64,000 nt of DNA. It comes from Pyrinomonadaceae bacterium. GTDB taxonomy: Bacteria > Acidobacteriota > Blastocatellia > Pyrinomonadales > Pyrinomonadaceae. The position numbers and the translations under genes are program-made. This document shows, piece after piece, positions 44,158 to 54,211 of the stretch (position 1 is the stretch's first letter; each line of letters opens with the position of its first letter). The stretch spans positions 3,186 through 67,185 of the forward strand of contig DASWQY010000157.1 in assembly GCA_036403435.1 (NCBI GenBank), written 5' to 3'. The notes under the pieces are model-generated. The model saw only the letters and a program-made list of their open reading frames with translations. It searched no databases and was not told the origin of the DNA.

Positions 44158-45858
44158 ATGAGGAATGATGACGGACAGGCTCGTTCAAGGTCTGGGCGGA
44201 ACAGGTTATTCAAAGGGCTGCGCGCGGGAGGCCGCGGCCAGGCGCTCGTCGCGCTCGCGGTCGCTGCCGCACTCTTTCTCTCAGCGTGCGCGAGCAAGCG
44301 GCAAGATGAGGTCGCTTCCAACGGCGCGCCCACGGAATACTCAAGGCAGACTGCTAACAGCACGGTCGCCCCCGGTGTCGTGGCGCAGCCGATGGGCACG
44401 CCCGAGTATGAGGAGCGCGAAGGCAACACGGAACAGTACGCGCACCTCGAAGAGAACCCTTTTCTCGAAGTCGCGCGTGCGCCGCTCTCCACCTTCTCGA
44501 TTGACGTGGACACGGCCTCTTACAGCAACACGCGCCGCTTCCTCAAAGACGGGCAGCTCCCGCCGAAGGACGCCGTCCGCATTGAGGAGTTAATCAACTA
44601 CTTCTCTTACGACTACCCGCAGCCGGTCGGCGAAGCCCCCTTCTCCGTCACGGCCGAAATCTCCGAAGCCCCCTGGAGCCCGCAGCACCGCCTCGTGCAC
44701 ATCGGCCTCCAGGGCAAGCGCATCCCCGTCGAGAACATGCCGCCCGCGAACCTCGTCTTCCTGCTCGACGTGTCGGGCTCGATGAACGACCCGCGCAAGC
44801 TCCCGCTCGTCAAGTCCGCGATGAAGACGCTCTCCGAGCAGTTGACCTCGCGCGACCGCGTGGCGATGGTCGTCTATGCCGGTTCGAGCGGGCTCGTCCT
44901 GCCCTCGACTCCGGGCGACCGCAAGGGCGAGATTCTTGCCGCGATTGACCGCCTCGAAGCCGGCGGCTCGACCAACGGCGGCGAGGGCATCGAGCTGGCC
45001 TACAAGATAGCGCAGGAGAACTTCATACGCGGCGGCTCCAACCGCGTCATCCTTGCGACCGACGGCGACTTCAACGTCGGCGTCACGAGCGAGGGCGATC
45101 TGGTCCGCCTCATCGAAGAGAAGCGGCAGGGCGGCGTCTTCCTCTCGGTCCTCGGTTTTGGCACAGGCAACGTCAAGGACTCGACGATGGAGCAGCTCGC
45201 GGACAAGGGCAACGGCAACTACGCCTACATTGATTCGCTGGGTGAAGCGCGCAAGGTCCTCGGCGAGCAGATCGGCGGCACACTCTTCACCATCGCGAAG
45301 GACGTGAAGATTCAGGTCGAGTTCAACCCGCGCCAGGTCGCGGCCTACCGCTTGATCGGCTACGAGAACCGCATCTTACGCGACCGCGACTTCAACGACG
45401 ACACGAAGGACGCGGGCGAGATCGGCGCGGGCCACACCGTGACGGCGCTCTACGAGGTCGTCCCCTTCGGGCAGAAGTTCGAGAACCCAGGCGTTGACCC
45501 GCTCAAGTATCAGGAGCCCGTCAAGCCGTCCGAGATGGCGAACAGCAACGAGCTGATGACGGTCAAGCTGCGCTACAAGGAGCCGGCGCAGGACCAGAGC
45601 AAGCTCTTGAGCGTCAGCCTCGCGGATTCCAAAGGCAAGTTCGCCGCGGCGTCCGAGAACTTCAAGTTTGCCTCGGCGGTCGCGGCCTTCGGGATGCTCT
45701 TGAGGGATTCCAAATACAAGTCGAACGCCAGCTACAACGAAGTCCTCGAACTGGCGCGCTCCGCGGTCGGCTCGGACCCGCAGGGCTACAGGTCCGAATT
45801 CATCCAGATGGTCGAGACGGCCCGCGACCTCTCCTCGCGCCGCGCGTCGAGGGACTGA
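44158..45858 (+). CDS. von Willebrand factor type A (VWA) lipoprotein, YfbK-like
   Basis: GGAGGA lies 7 nt upstream of the ATG at 44158. The lipobox is LFLSAC. Other motifs are STFSIDVDTASYSNTRRFL, the MIDAS motif LVFLLDVSGSM, and a DUF3520-like C-terminal region. Confidence 0.85.
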   Translation: MRNDDGQARSRSGRNRLFKGLRAGGRGQALVALAVAAALFLSACASKRQDEVASNGAPTEYSRQTANSTVAPGVVAQPMGTPEYEEREGNTEQYAHLEENPFLEVARAPLSTFSIDVDTASYSNTRRFLKDGQLPPKDAVRIEELINYFSYDYPQPVGEAPFSVTAEISEAPWSPQHRLVHIGLQGKRIPVENMPPANLVFLLDVSGSMNDPRKLPLVKSAMKTLSEQLTSRDRVAMVVYAGSSGLVLPSTPGDRKGEILAAIDRLEAGGSTNGGEGIELAYKIAQENFIRGGSNRVILATDGDFNVGVTSEGDLVRLIEEKRQGGVFLSVLGFGTGNVKDSTMEQLADKGNGNYAYIDSLGEARKVLGEQIGGTLFTIAKDVKIQVEFNPRQVAAYRLIGYENRILRDRDFNDDTKDAGEIGAGHTVTALYEVVPFGQKFENPGVDPLKYQEPVKPSEMANSNELMTVKLRYKEPAQDQSKLLSVSLADSKGKFAAASENFKFASAVAAFGMLLRDSKYKSNASYNEVLELARSAVGSDPQGYRSEFIQMVETARDLSSRRASRD

Positions 45859-45860
45859 GG

Positions 45861-45997
45861 ATTGCGGATTGGAAACCGGAATTCAAGCCGCCCACTAATT
45901 CAACCCTTTGCGCCTTACGTCTTAACTTTGCGCCTTTGCGAGAACGGCTGTTTCACGCTGGAGGCGCAAAGGGAAAACTTAAGGCGCAAAGGGTTGA
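45861..45997. repeat. CTTTGCG-family composite repeat (flank module plus interrupted hairpin)
   Basis: The flank is ATTGCGGATTGGAAA...AAGCC. The hairpin ATTCAACCCTTTGCGCCTTA..CTTTGCGCC (45898-45934) pairs with GGCGCAAAG..TAAGGCGCAAAGGGTTGAAT (45961-45997), giving 20-bp and 9-bp stems. It lies between convergent genes. Confidence 0.75.
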
Positions 45998-46040
45998 ATC
46001 GTTCGGTCTCTTGAGTGCTGGAACTGGTCTCAGTCTGCAA

Positions 46041-47336
46041 TCACTCGTATGCGCCGTAGGATTGGAGCAGGGCGACGACTTCCTCGTGGCCTTCGTTTTG
46101 GGCGAGCTTGAAGGCCGTCTCGCCGTCCTTGTTCCTGCGGTGCGGGTCCGCGCCGGCCCAGAGCAGGGCCTTCACGCTGTCAACGTGGCCGCCCGCGGCC
46201 GCGGCCATCAGCGGCGTCTTCCCTTCCTTGTTCCTCGCGTCAACCCTGGCCCCTGCTTCGAGCAGCGCGCGCACGACTTCACTCTCGCTCTCCGCCGCCG
46301 CGACGTGGAGCGCCGAATCCCCTTCCTCGTCCCTGAGGTTGACCTTCGCCCCGGCCGCCACGAGCAGGTTGACGATCTCGGCCGTGGCGGCATCGCCCAG
46401 GCCCATCAGGGCCGTCTGCCTGCTACGGCTTCTGACGTTCGGGTCGGCCCCCGAGTAGAGCAGCAGCCGGACCAGTTCCACCTTCCCGGCCGAGACGGCC
46501 GCCGCCAGCGCCGTCGTGTCCACCGCCTTGTCGAGCGCGTTCACGTCCGCGCCCGCCGCCAGTAGATTTCTCACTTCCCCCTCGTCATCCCCCCAGATGG
46601 CGCTGACGAGTGGCGTCTCGGGCGCGACCACAATCGCCCCGCCCATTGTTAACTCTCCGACCTCCAGGGTCGCGTCAACGCGCTCCTCAGCGCCGTCACG
46701 CAGGAAGACCCAGTTGCGCTCGAACGCGTCGAACCCCTGCGCGCTGATCGTCAGCGTGTACGCCCCGGCCTCGACGTTCTGAAATCGGTAATTGCCCTCG
46801 TCGTCGGACGCGGCCGTCTGTTCCCTCCCCGTCTTGCGGTTGACGAGCACAATGGTCGCCGCGGGGATGACCGCCTGCTGTACGTCGAAGACTGTCCCTG
46901 CGAGCGACGACGTTTGCCCGTCATGGACGAGGGCGCGGCCGAGCGTCGCGCCGCCCGCCGGTTGGACCGCTGCCGGTTGATTGCCCTCCGCCGGCCGCGC
47001 GGATTGGGCCACGGCGGTTGACGCCAGGCTGAGCGTCGCGGTGAAAGCCCCGGCCGCGATGCGCGAGAGCCTGCGCTTGATGTGCGTCAGAGGCTCGGCG
47101 CGCTCGGCCGTTTGGACCGTCCCGTCTGGACGCCTGTAATACCTGACGCAGAGCTTGCCCTGCGAGGCGGCGACTAACTTCATGGCGTCCTTCGCGGTGA
47201 TTTTCGAGAGGTCGTGGACGTGCAGGCTGCAATGCCGGCAGAAGCGCACCTGCTCGTTGCCGATCATCTCGTCCCAACTGGCCGGGCACGGAGAAGCGAT
47301 GTGGATGCGGTCGAGCGCACCCGTCGGTTTAGGCAT
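46041..47336 (-). CDS. Ankyrin-repeat protein with N-terminal Cys-rich domain and CarboxypepD_reg-like domain
   Basis: 431 aa. The N-terminal region reads IASPCPASWDEMIGNEQVRFCRHCSLHVHDLS. The middle region reads LAGTVFDVQQAVIPAATIVLVNRKTGRE...DDEGNYRFQNVEAGAYTLTISA. There are at least 4 ankyrin repeats (TALMGL..., GDSALHVAA..., GKTPLMAAA..., GETAFKLA). Confidence 0.8.
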   Translation of the reverse strand: MPKPTGALDRIHIASPCPASWDEMIGNEQVRFCRHCSLHVHDLSKITAKDAMKLVAASQGKLCVRYYRRPDGTVQTAERAEPLTHIKRRLSRIAAGAFTATLSLASTAVAQSARPAEGNQPAAVQPAGGATLGRALVHDGQTSSLAGTVFDVQQAVIPAATIVLVNRKTGREQTAASDDEGNYRFQNVEAGAYTLTISAQGFDAFERNWVFLRDGAEERVDATLEVGELTMGGAIVVAPETPLVSAIWGDDEGEVRNLLAAGADVNALDKAVDTTALAAAVSAGKVELVRLLLYSGADPNVRSRSRQTALMGLGDAATAEIVNLLVAAGAKVNLRDEEGDSALHVAAAESESEVVRALLEAGARVDARNKEGKTPLMAAAAGGHVDSVKALLWAGADPHRRNKDGETAFKLAQNEGHEEVVALLQSYGAYE

Positions 47337-47650
47337 GGCGGTCTCCTTCTTGGTAGGTAGGCCGAAGTTAAAGGGGAGACGAGAGCGCCGGAAGGCTCAT
47401 GGGCTCGCGCCTCAAGCCGGACGCGCGTCCTTTGGGCCTTGCCATCATTAACCGCGAGCCGCGTGACGAGGGCCGGTGGAGCTGGCAGGGGCTTGCGGTT
47501 TGGGCTGAGACGAAAACGAAGGGCGCGATGGTTGTCTCGGGCGCTAAAAAACTTTCCTTCGCCTTCTTTGAAATTGGCCCGATACCTGCCTGCGCGTGCC
47601 GCGTGCTATGATTCCGCGCCGGACGATTCCGTCAGGGTTAATCAAAAGTC

Positions 47651-48892
47651 ATGCTCTACCTCTCTCAAGTATTGAACCGCCCGATACGCGACCTCGACGG
47701 CGAGCGCGTGGCGGCCATCAAGGACGTGATCGTCCGGCTCGGCGAGGAAGACCACCCGCCCGTGGCCGGCTTCGTCGCGCGCTACCGCCGCCGCGACTTC
47801 TTCCTCCCGCGCTGGCGGATGGCCGAGTTCGGCGAGCACGGCGCGCGCCTCAACTCGGACATCCTGGACCTGCGCCCCTTCGCGCGGCGCGGGGGCGAAG
47901 TGCTCCTTGCGCGCGACGTGCTCGACAAGCAGTTGATTGACGTGGACGGCAAGCGCGTCGTGCGCGTCAACGACGTGCAGCTCATCGAAGCGGCCGGCGA
48001 GTTTCGCGTGACGGGCGCGGACGTGAGCCTGCAAGGCTTGTGGCGGCGGCTGATGCCCGCGGGCTTCGTCGGCTCGGGCCGCCCCGTCGAGGTCATTGAC
48101 TGGGCCGACGTGGGCTACCTCGCGACCGACGCCGCCACCGTGCAGTTGAAATCATCGAGCGACAAACTGGCCCGCCTGCACCCGGTCGAGATCGCGCGCC
48201 TCGCCGAGGTGCTCTCCTACCATCACGGCTCGGAGATAGTCGAATCGTTAGACGACGAGACGGCCGCCGAGACTCTTGAAGAGATGTCTGCCGAGGACCA
48301 GGCGCGCATCATCGGCGAGATGGACGAGGAGCGCGCGGCGGACATCCTGGAGTGGATGTCGCCGGACGAGGCGGCGGACGTGCTCGGCGATTTGCCGGAG
48401 GAGAAGGCCGAAGACCTGCTCAACCGGATGGAGGGCGAGGAGCAGGCGGACGTGGCCGAGCTGCTGCCTTACGAGGACGACACGGCGGGCGGGTTGATGA
48501 CGACCGAGTTCGTCACGCTGCCGCGCGCGCTGACGGTGGGCGAGGCGCTGGCGCGGCTGCGCGAGATGGCCGAGACGCCGAACATGATTTACTACCTCTA
48601 CGTCGTCGAGCAGGAGAATTCGTGGAAGCTCTGCGGCGTGATCGCGCTCCGCAGTCTGATTCTGGCCCCGCCGGATTACCCACTCGAAGCGGTGATGCGC
48701 GACGAGTTTCAGACGGCGCACGCGGACGACTCGGCGCGCGAGGTCGCGGAGAAGATCGCCGCATACAACCTCCTCGCCCTGCCCGTCGTTGACGAGGCCG
48801 GCGACATCCTCGGCATCATCACCGTGGACGACGCGATAGAGATGCTGCTCCCGAAGAACTGGCGGCAGCGCATGCCGAGACTATTCGGGTAA
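47651..48892 (+). CDS. Soluble MgtE-N-domain + CBS-pair protein with N-terminal PRC-barrel-like region (no membrane domain)
   Basis: 413 aa. The acidic helical MgtE_N region reads HPVEIARLAEVL...EEMSAEDQARIIGEMDEERAADILEWMSPDEAADVLGDLP. It is followed by GGLMTTEFVTLP... and a CBS pair. The ORF ends without any hydrophobic segments. Confidence 0.75.
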   Translation: MLYLSQVLNRPIRDLDGERVAAIKDVIVRLGEEDHPPVAGFVARYRRRDFFLPRWRMAEFGEHGARLNSDILDLRPFARRGGEVLLARDVLDKQLIDVDGKRVVRVNDVQLIEAAGEFRVTGADVSLQGLWRRLMPAGFVGSGRPVEVIDWADVGYLATDAATVQLKSSSDKLARLHPVEIARLAEVLSYHHGSEIVESLDDETAAETLEEMSAEDQARIIGEMDEERAADILEWMSPDEAADVLGDLPEEKAEDLLNRMEGEEQADVAELLPYEDDTAGGLMTTEFVTLPRALTVGEALARLREMAETPNMIYYLYVVEQENSWKLCGVIALRSLILAPPDYPLEAVMRDEFQTAHADDSAREVAEKIAAYNLLALPVVDEAGDILGIITVDDAIEMLLPKNWRQRMPRLFG

Positions 48893-48989
48893 AGCTCTCC
48901 GTGGTGATGACCCACGGGCGGCCCGCGGCAATAGAATTGCGGGCCGCGGCAATAAAGAAACCAGGCACGGGAAGGACGTTGAGCCCGTG

Positions 48990-51900
48990 TTATTTAGAAT
49001 TGCTAATCATCACGGCGTCGCGGATGAGGAGGCCGCGGGCGACGGCGAGCTGGCGGCCGTCGCGCGACCAGTCGAAGGCCGTGATGATGTGCTCTTTGAA
49101 GTCCGTCAACTGAGTGGGCCTCCCGCCGTCAACGGGCTGACTCCAGATGTTGGAGACGTTGTTCGTGATGACCGTGTAGAGGAGCGAGCGCCCGTCGCGC
49201 GACCAGTGGAGGATGGTGCGCGCGCCGCCGAGGCCCGACGGAATCTCGAAAGTCTTGACGGGCTCCCCGCCCTCGAACGGGATGACGCCGATCCGGTTGG
49301 GCGGCGCGGCCGGCGCGCTCGCCTCCGTGTAGAGGTAAGCTATCCAACGCCCGTCCGGCGAGACGACTGGGTTGACGCCCTCCCGCTTCAACTCGACGGG
49401 AGCGCCGCCGCCGACGTGGACCCTGCGCAGCATCAGCCGCGCGGCATCGAGCGAAGAATAGACGACCCACTGGCCGTCGGGCGAGACATCGGGCAGGAAC
49501 TCCACCAGGCCGTCGGTCAACTGCCGCGGGTCGCTCCCGTCAATGTTCATCACCCAGACAGTGCGCGTGCCCGTGCGCCCCGAAGTGAAAACGACGTGTC
49601 GCCCATCCGGGCTCACCACCGCGTTGTGGTTGAGGCCCGAGCCGGAAGCGGTCAGTTGCTTTCGGTCGCTCCCGTCCGCGTTCATGATCCAGATGTCGCT
49701 CTCTTTGCCGGTGGCGTTGATGAAGACGATGCGCCCATCCGGCGTCCACGAAATCCCCTCGTTGCCTCCCAGGTAACCGACGTTGCCGATGGAGAGCTGG
49801 ACCGCTTCGCCCGCCGCCTGCCCTTGCGCGCCCGCGGGCAGCTTGACCGCGCCCTTCGCGTCTCCGCCCGGCACGAGCCAGATGTTGACGAGGCCCGTGG
49901 TCTGCACAGTCACCAGGCGGCTCGCGTCCGCGGAGAGGCTGACGGCGCGGTAAAAGCTGAGGTCGTTGGTGACCTTGCGCGCCTCGCCCGAGGGGTAAGA
50001 GAGGAGCCAGATTTGTGGCACAGTGGACTTCTGGTCGCGCGCGTTAATCAACAGCCCGCTCATGTCCGGGAGCCACTCGACGCGCGCGAGCTGCGGCCAG
50101 GTCTCTCTGGTCAAGACCTGCTCGCCCCCGTCCGCCACGTTGACGGCGACGACGCGCCCTTCGGACCTGGTGTTCGAGACGGCGCAGGCTATCAGCCGGC
50201 CGTCGGGCGACCACGACGGGCCGGTGTAGAAGATGGGGAAGAAGAGGTCTGGGAGCTTTCGCGCGGCGAGCTGGCGGACGCCGGTGCCGTCGGCGTTCGC
50301 GACGAAGAGGCCGCTCTCGCCGCGGACGGGGTAGTCGCCGCGCACGAAAGCGAACTGCTTCCCGTCGGGCGAGAAACTGACGGGGCAATCTATCTTCTCC
50401 ATCACCTTGACGGGCGTGCCGCCGAGCACGGGCATGCGGTAGAGCGTGCCGGCGTCGTTGGCCTTGATGACGTAGTAGAGGTCCGCGCCATCGCGCGAGA
50501 AGGTGACGCCGAAGACGCCGCCGGGCGCAGGCGCGACGATCTGCGTGTCGTTGACCGCATCCGTCTGCCTGAGCCAGAGACTCTGCTTTCCAGCGTCGCT
50601 CAGGACGTAAACGAAATATTTCCCGTCGGGCGAGATGGCCGCCTGCGTCGCCTTGCCGTGATTCGTCAGCCGCGTGATGTTGACGGCCTGAAAGTGCGCG
50701 ACCCTTTCGTCGGGCAGCAAGAGTTTGTAGAGCGCGAACCCGGCGGACGCTAGGACGGCGAGCGCCAGCGCCGCGTAGGCGAGCGCAGGGCGCGGCCGGC
50801 CCTTCACGACCGTGGGCGCGGGCGACGGGGTCTGCCCTTTGCGTATCTCGTCAGTCGTAATGATGGCCGACCCGTCAGTCGTCACACTCGCTCGCGGCGG
50901 GACGCTTCCCTTCAGGGGCGCAAGCTTCTCGACCGCGCGCCCGAGCTTGGCCTCGAACTCTAAATCCTGTTTGACGGCGCGCAAGTCTTCGAGCAGCTCG
51001 CGGGCCGAAGGGTATCGCTCCTCGCGCTCCTTCCCGAGCGCCTTTCTCACGATCCGGTCCAGCTCTGCGGGGAACTCTCCCGCCGCCGGGCGGAGCGCCG
51101 CGGGCTCCCTCTCCAAAATAGAGACGGTCACGTCGGCCGTCGTCGCGCCCTCGAACGGCGCGCGCCCGGCCAGCATCTCGTAGAGCACGACGCCCAAACT
51201 CCACACGTCCGTCCGCGCGTCCGTCGCGAGCCCTCGCGCCTGCTCCGGCGACATGTAATGCGCCGTGCCCATCACGACGCCGGGCGACGTGTTGCCGAGC
51301 ATCGCGGTCGTCGCCTCCGGGCCGGAGCCGTGCCCCGCTTTTGGGCCAGTCAGCTTCGCCAGCCCGAAGTCGAGCACCTTCACGTAGCCGTCGCGCCTGA
51401 GCATGACGTTCTCGGGCTTAACGTCGCGGTGAACGATGCCCGCCTCGTGCGCGGCCGCGACCGCCGAGGCCGCTTGCAGGATGATGTCGAGGGCTTCGCT
51501 CAAAGCGAGCGGCCCGGCGCTCAGGCGCTGGCGCAGGGTCTGGCCCTCTATCAACTCGGTGGCGATGAAGCGGCGGCCGTCGTGCTCGCCGATTTCGTGG
51601 ATGGTGACGATGTTCGGGTGGTTGAGCGCGGAGGCCGTGCGCGCCTCCTGCCGGAAGCGGCGCAGGCGCTCCGCGTCGTCCGCGAAAGAACGCGGCAGCA
51701 GCTTGAGCGCAATCTTGCGCCCGAGCGTCGTGTCCTCGGCCAGGTAGACTTCGCCCATCCCGCCCGCCCCGAGTTCCGCCAGGATTTCGTAGCGGCCGAC
51801 CCGCTCGCCCAGGAGCGACGGCGCGGGGCCGTCCGAGGCTGCGCCCGCGAGCCACCCGGCGGCGACCTCGTAGGCGGGCGAGTCGATGAAGCTGCCCTCG

Positions 51901-52055
51901 CTCTCGTGCGCCTTGATGAGCGACTCGACCTCGACCTTGAGCGCGTCGTCGCCCGCGCAGACCTGTGCCAGAAAAGCGCGGCGCTCGCCCGGCGCGCGCT
52001 CCAGCGACGCGTGGAAGATTTCCTTGATCTGCTGCCAACGCTGAATCGTCATCAC
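48990..52055 (-). CDS. Ser/Thr protein kinase with TM segment and C-terminal TolB/WD40-like beta-propeller repeats
   Basis: 1021 aa. The kinase motifs are GAGGMGEVY, IALKLLP, HRDVKPENVML, DFGLAK and MSPEQ. There is a TM around ALAYAALALAVLASAGFALY, followed by repeated SPDG+...(V/F)S blades. Confidence 0.9.
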   Translation of the reverse strand: MMTIQRWQQIKEIFHASLERAPGERRAFLAQVCAGDDALKVEVESLIKAHESEGSFIDSPAYEVAAGWLAGAASDGPAPSLLGERVGRYEILAELGAGGMGEVYLAEDTTLGRKIALKLLPRSFADDAERLRRFRQEARTASALNHPNIVTIHEIGEHDGRRFIATELIEGQTLRQRLSAGPLALSEALDIILQAASAVAAAHEAGIVHRDVKPENVMLRRDGYVKVLDFGLAKLTGPKAGHGSGPEATTAMLGNTSPGVVMGTAHYMSPEQARGLATDARTDVWSLGVVLYEMLAGRAPFEGATTADVTVSILEREPAALRPAAGEFPAELDRIVRKALGKEREERYPSARELLEDLRAVKQDLEFEAKLGRAVEKLAPLKGSVPPRASVTTDGSAIITTDEIRKGQTPSPAPTVVKGRPRPALAYAALALAVLASAGFALYKLLLPDERVAHFQAVNITRLTNHGKATQAAISPDGKYFVYVLSDAGKQSLWLRQTDAVNDTQIVAPAPGGVFGVTFSRDGADLYYVIKANDAGTLYRMPVLGGTPVKVMEKIDCPVSFSPDGKQFAFVRGDYPVRGESGLFVANADGTGVRQLAARKLPDLFFPIFYTGPSWSPDGRLIACAVSNTRSEGRVVAVNVADGGEQVLTRETWPQLARVEWLPDMSGLLINARDQKSTVPQIWLLSYPSGEARKVTNDLSFYRAVSLSADASRLVTVQTTGLVNIWLVPGGDAKGAVKLPAGAQGQAAGEAVQLSIGNVGYLGGNEGISWTPDGRIVFINATGKESDIWIMNADGSDRKQLTASGSGLNHNAVVSPDGRHVVFTSGRTGTRTVWVMNIDGSDPRQLTDGLVEFLPDVSPDGQWVVYSSLDAARLMLRRVHVGGGAPVELKREGVNPVVSPDGRWIAYLYTEASAPAAPPNRIGVIPFEGGEPVKTFEIPSGLGGARTILHWSRDGRSLLYTVITNNVSNIWSQPVDGGRPTQLTDFKEHIITAFDWSRDGRQLAVARGLLIRDAVMISNSK

Positions 52056-52088
52056 ACTAATTAACGCGCGAGGCGTGGCCCGCGTCCC

Positions 52089-52646
<558 letters not shown>

Positions 52647-52856
52647 TCTAAAAATTTCTCCCGGTGACGATTTTCTACTTCGGCCGGCGCTTGTGCGAGC
52701 GCGCGTTCTTCGGTTGCGGGGCCGTGCGGACGTTGATTCTACATCAAAAATTTTCCGCGACGTGAGGGAATTCGGGCCGGCCCTGCGCGTTACTAAATGA
52801 AGGCGGCAATCAGTGGCCGCGCGACGGCAAGTTCGGCAGACACGAAAGAGGTCCGT

Positions 52857-53300
52857 ATGAAAAAACTCAGCATCTTCCTACTTTTCGGATTATTCGCAAT
52901 CCTCGCGGCCGCGCCCGCCCGCGCCCAGGCGGTCCGGGAACAGACTGCGAGCATTCCTTTCGCATTCAACGTCGGCGACAAGACTTTCCCGGCCGGCGAC
53001 TACAGGGTCCGGCGGTTGAACCCGGCGTCGGACCGCGCGGCGCTTGAGATTAAGAGCGCCGACGGGCACTTCGGCAAGATCACGCTGACGAGCTTCGTTC
53101 ACTCGGGCAAGGCGTCGGGTCAGGCGCGGTTAGTCTTCACGCGCTACGGCGAACAATATTTTTTGGCACAAGTCTGGACGCAGGCCCAGGACGAAGGGCT
53201 GGCGCTTCCGACATCTCGCAGCGAGCGCACGCTGGCGCGTAAAGCTAGGGAACGCGCGCCCGAGCGCGCGACCGTCGCGCTCGGCCGGCGGCCCAGGTAA
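52857..53300 (+). CDS. Hypothetical secreted protein
   Basis: The start is set at the ATG at 52857 (MKKLSIFLLFGLFAILAAAPARAQ signal peptide). The product is 147 aa. I recognised no family with confidence. Confidence 0.5.
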   Translation: MKKLSIFLLFGLFAILAAAPARAQAVREQTASIPFAFNVGDKTFPAGDYRVRRLNPASDRAALEIKSADGHFGKITLTSFVHSGKASGQARLVFTRYGEQYFLAQVWTQAQDEGLALPTSRSERTLARKARERAPERATVALGRRPR

Positions 53301-53365
53301 ACGCCCCGGAAGACGTTTACCGAAGGCCGCCGCCACCCTGTGCGGCGGGCACGCTGCGAGTCCAA

Positions 53366-53409
53366 CCAAAGTGGGCCGGAAGTCTGAGTTGACTTCCGGC
53401 CCACTTTGG
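53366..53409 (+). terminator. Perfect 19-bp hairpin downstream of the 52857-53300 gene (no U-tract)
   Basis: CCAAAGTGGGCCGGAAGTC (53366-53384), loop TGAGTT, then GACTTCCGGCCCACTTTGG (53391-53409). Confidence 0.4.
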
Positions 53410-53447
53410 CGTGCGCGCGCGACGGAGCTTATCCATTACCGACAAAA

Positions 53448-53539
53448 AAAAATCAGGGACCACGAAGCAACACGAAGAGACACGAAGGAAGCTCAACTCC
53501 TTTCGTGTCGTTTAGTGTTGCTTCGTGGTTCCTGATTTT
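53448..53539. repeat. Long hairpin element, CACGAA family (10-nt periodic arms)
   Basis: AAAATCAGGGACCACGAAGCAACACGAAGAGACACGAAGGA (53448-53488) pairs with TCCTTTCGTGTCGTTTAGTGTTGCTTCGTGGTTCCTGATTTT (53498-53539). The stem is about 40 bp and imperfect. Confidence 0.75.
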
Positions 53540-53674
53540 GATGATTCGCCATCACGCGCGGCGCGGGTTATGATAGTATCGGTTTTCGTCATCGTTCCAA
53601 CGCAAGTCGCTCTTAATTCTCGCGCCGGCCGGCGTCCCGCGCGGCCCCCGCATCAGTCGAAAGGAATTTCAGAA

Positions 53675-54106
53675 ATGTGCCCCAGGGTCTGCCCGAAAAT
53701 CTTCACGCTCCTGAGTCTCCTCATCGCGACGGCCGCCGCCGCGCCGGCGCAAAGCTGCCTCTCGTACGAGCCCGCAGAAGTCCAACTTTCCGGCACACTC
53801 AGCAAGCAGGTCGTCCCAGGCCCGCCCAACTACGAGAGCGTGCGGCGCGGCGACAAGCCCGAGACCATCTGGATACTGACGCTCGACAAGGCCGTCTGCG
53901 TCACGGGGAACACGGACGACGTGAACGAGCCCGAGCAGAACGTCACAGACCTACAACTGGCCCTACAGCAAGACCAGTTCGCACAGCTCCGCAGGGTGAC
54001 GGGCCGCAAGGTTCACGCCGCGGCCTCGGGCAAGCTCTTCCACGCCCACACCGCGCACCACCGCACGAAGGTGCTGCTCGACGTTAAAGAGATAGAAAAG
54101 CAATGA
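53675..54106 (+). CDS. Hypothetical secreted protein (DUF4431-like)
   Basis: The start is set at the ATG at 53675 (MCPRVCPKIFTLLSLLIATAAAAPAQS). The product is 143 aa. The pattern LSGTL...PGPPNYESV..GD.PE..WIL.LD..VCV resembles DUF4431 (recognised from memory). Confidence 0.5.
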   Translation: MCPRVCPKIFTLLSLLIATAAAAPAQSCLSYEPAEVQLSGTLSKQVVPGPPNYESVRRGDKPETIWILTLDKAVCVTGNTDDVNEPEQNVTDLQLALQQDQFAQLRRVTGRKVHAAASGKLFHAHTAHHRTKVLLDVKEIEKQ

Positions 54107-54111
54107 TGAAC

Positions 54112-54172
54112 GAGGAATGATGAATGCGGAATTAAAAACCAGTTGTCTTTAATTCCGCATTCATCATTCCTC
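54112..54172. repeat. Long hairpin element, GATGAAT family
   Basis: GAGGAATGATGAATGCGGAATTAAA (54112-54136) pairs with TTTAATTCCGCATTCATCATTCCTC (54148-54172). The stem is 25 bp and perfect, with an 11-nt loop. It starts 6 nt after the upstream stop. Confidence 0.85.
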
Positions 54173-54211
54173 ATTCCGCATTATTATTTCTGATGGACGG
54201 AGAACCCCCAA

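Noticed and set aside
47337-47650. M-box (Mg2+ riboswitch) in the 315-nt gap upstream of the MgtE-like gene.
   Set aside because: No recognisable M-box conserved segments were seen by eye. The gap also has to hold divergent promoters. It is left as a possibility to scan, not a call.
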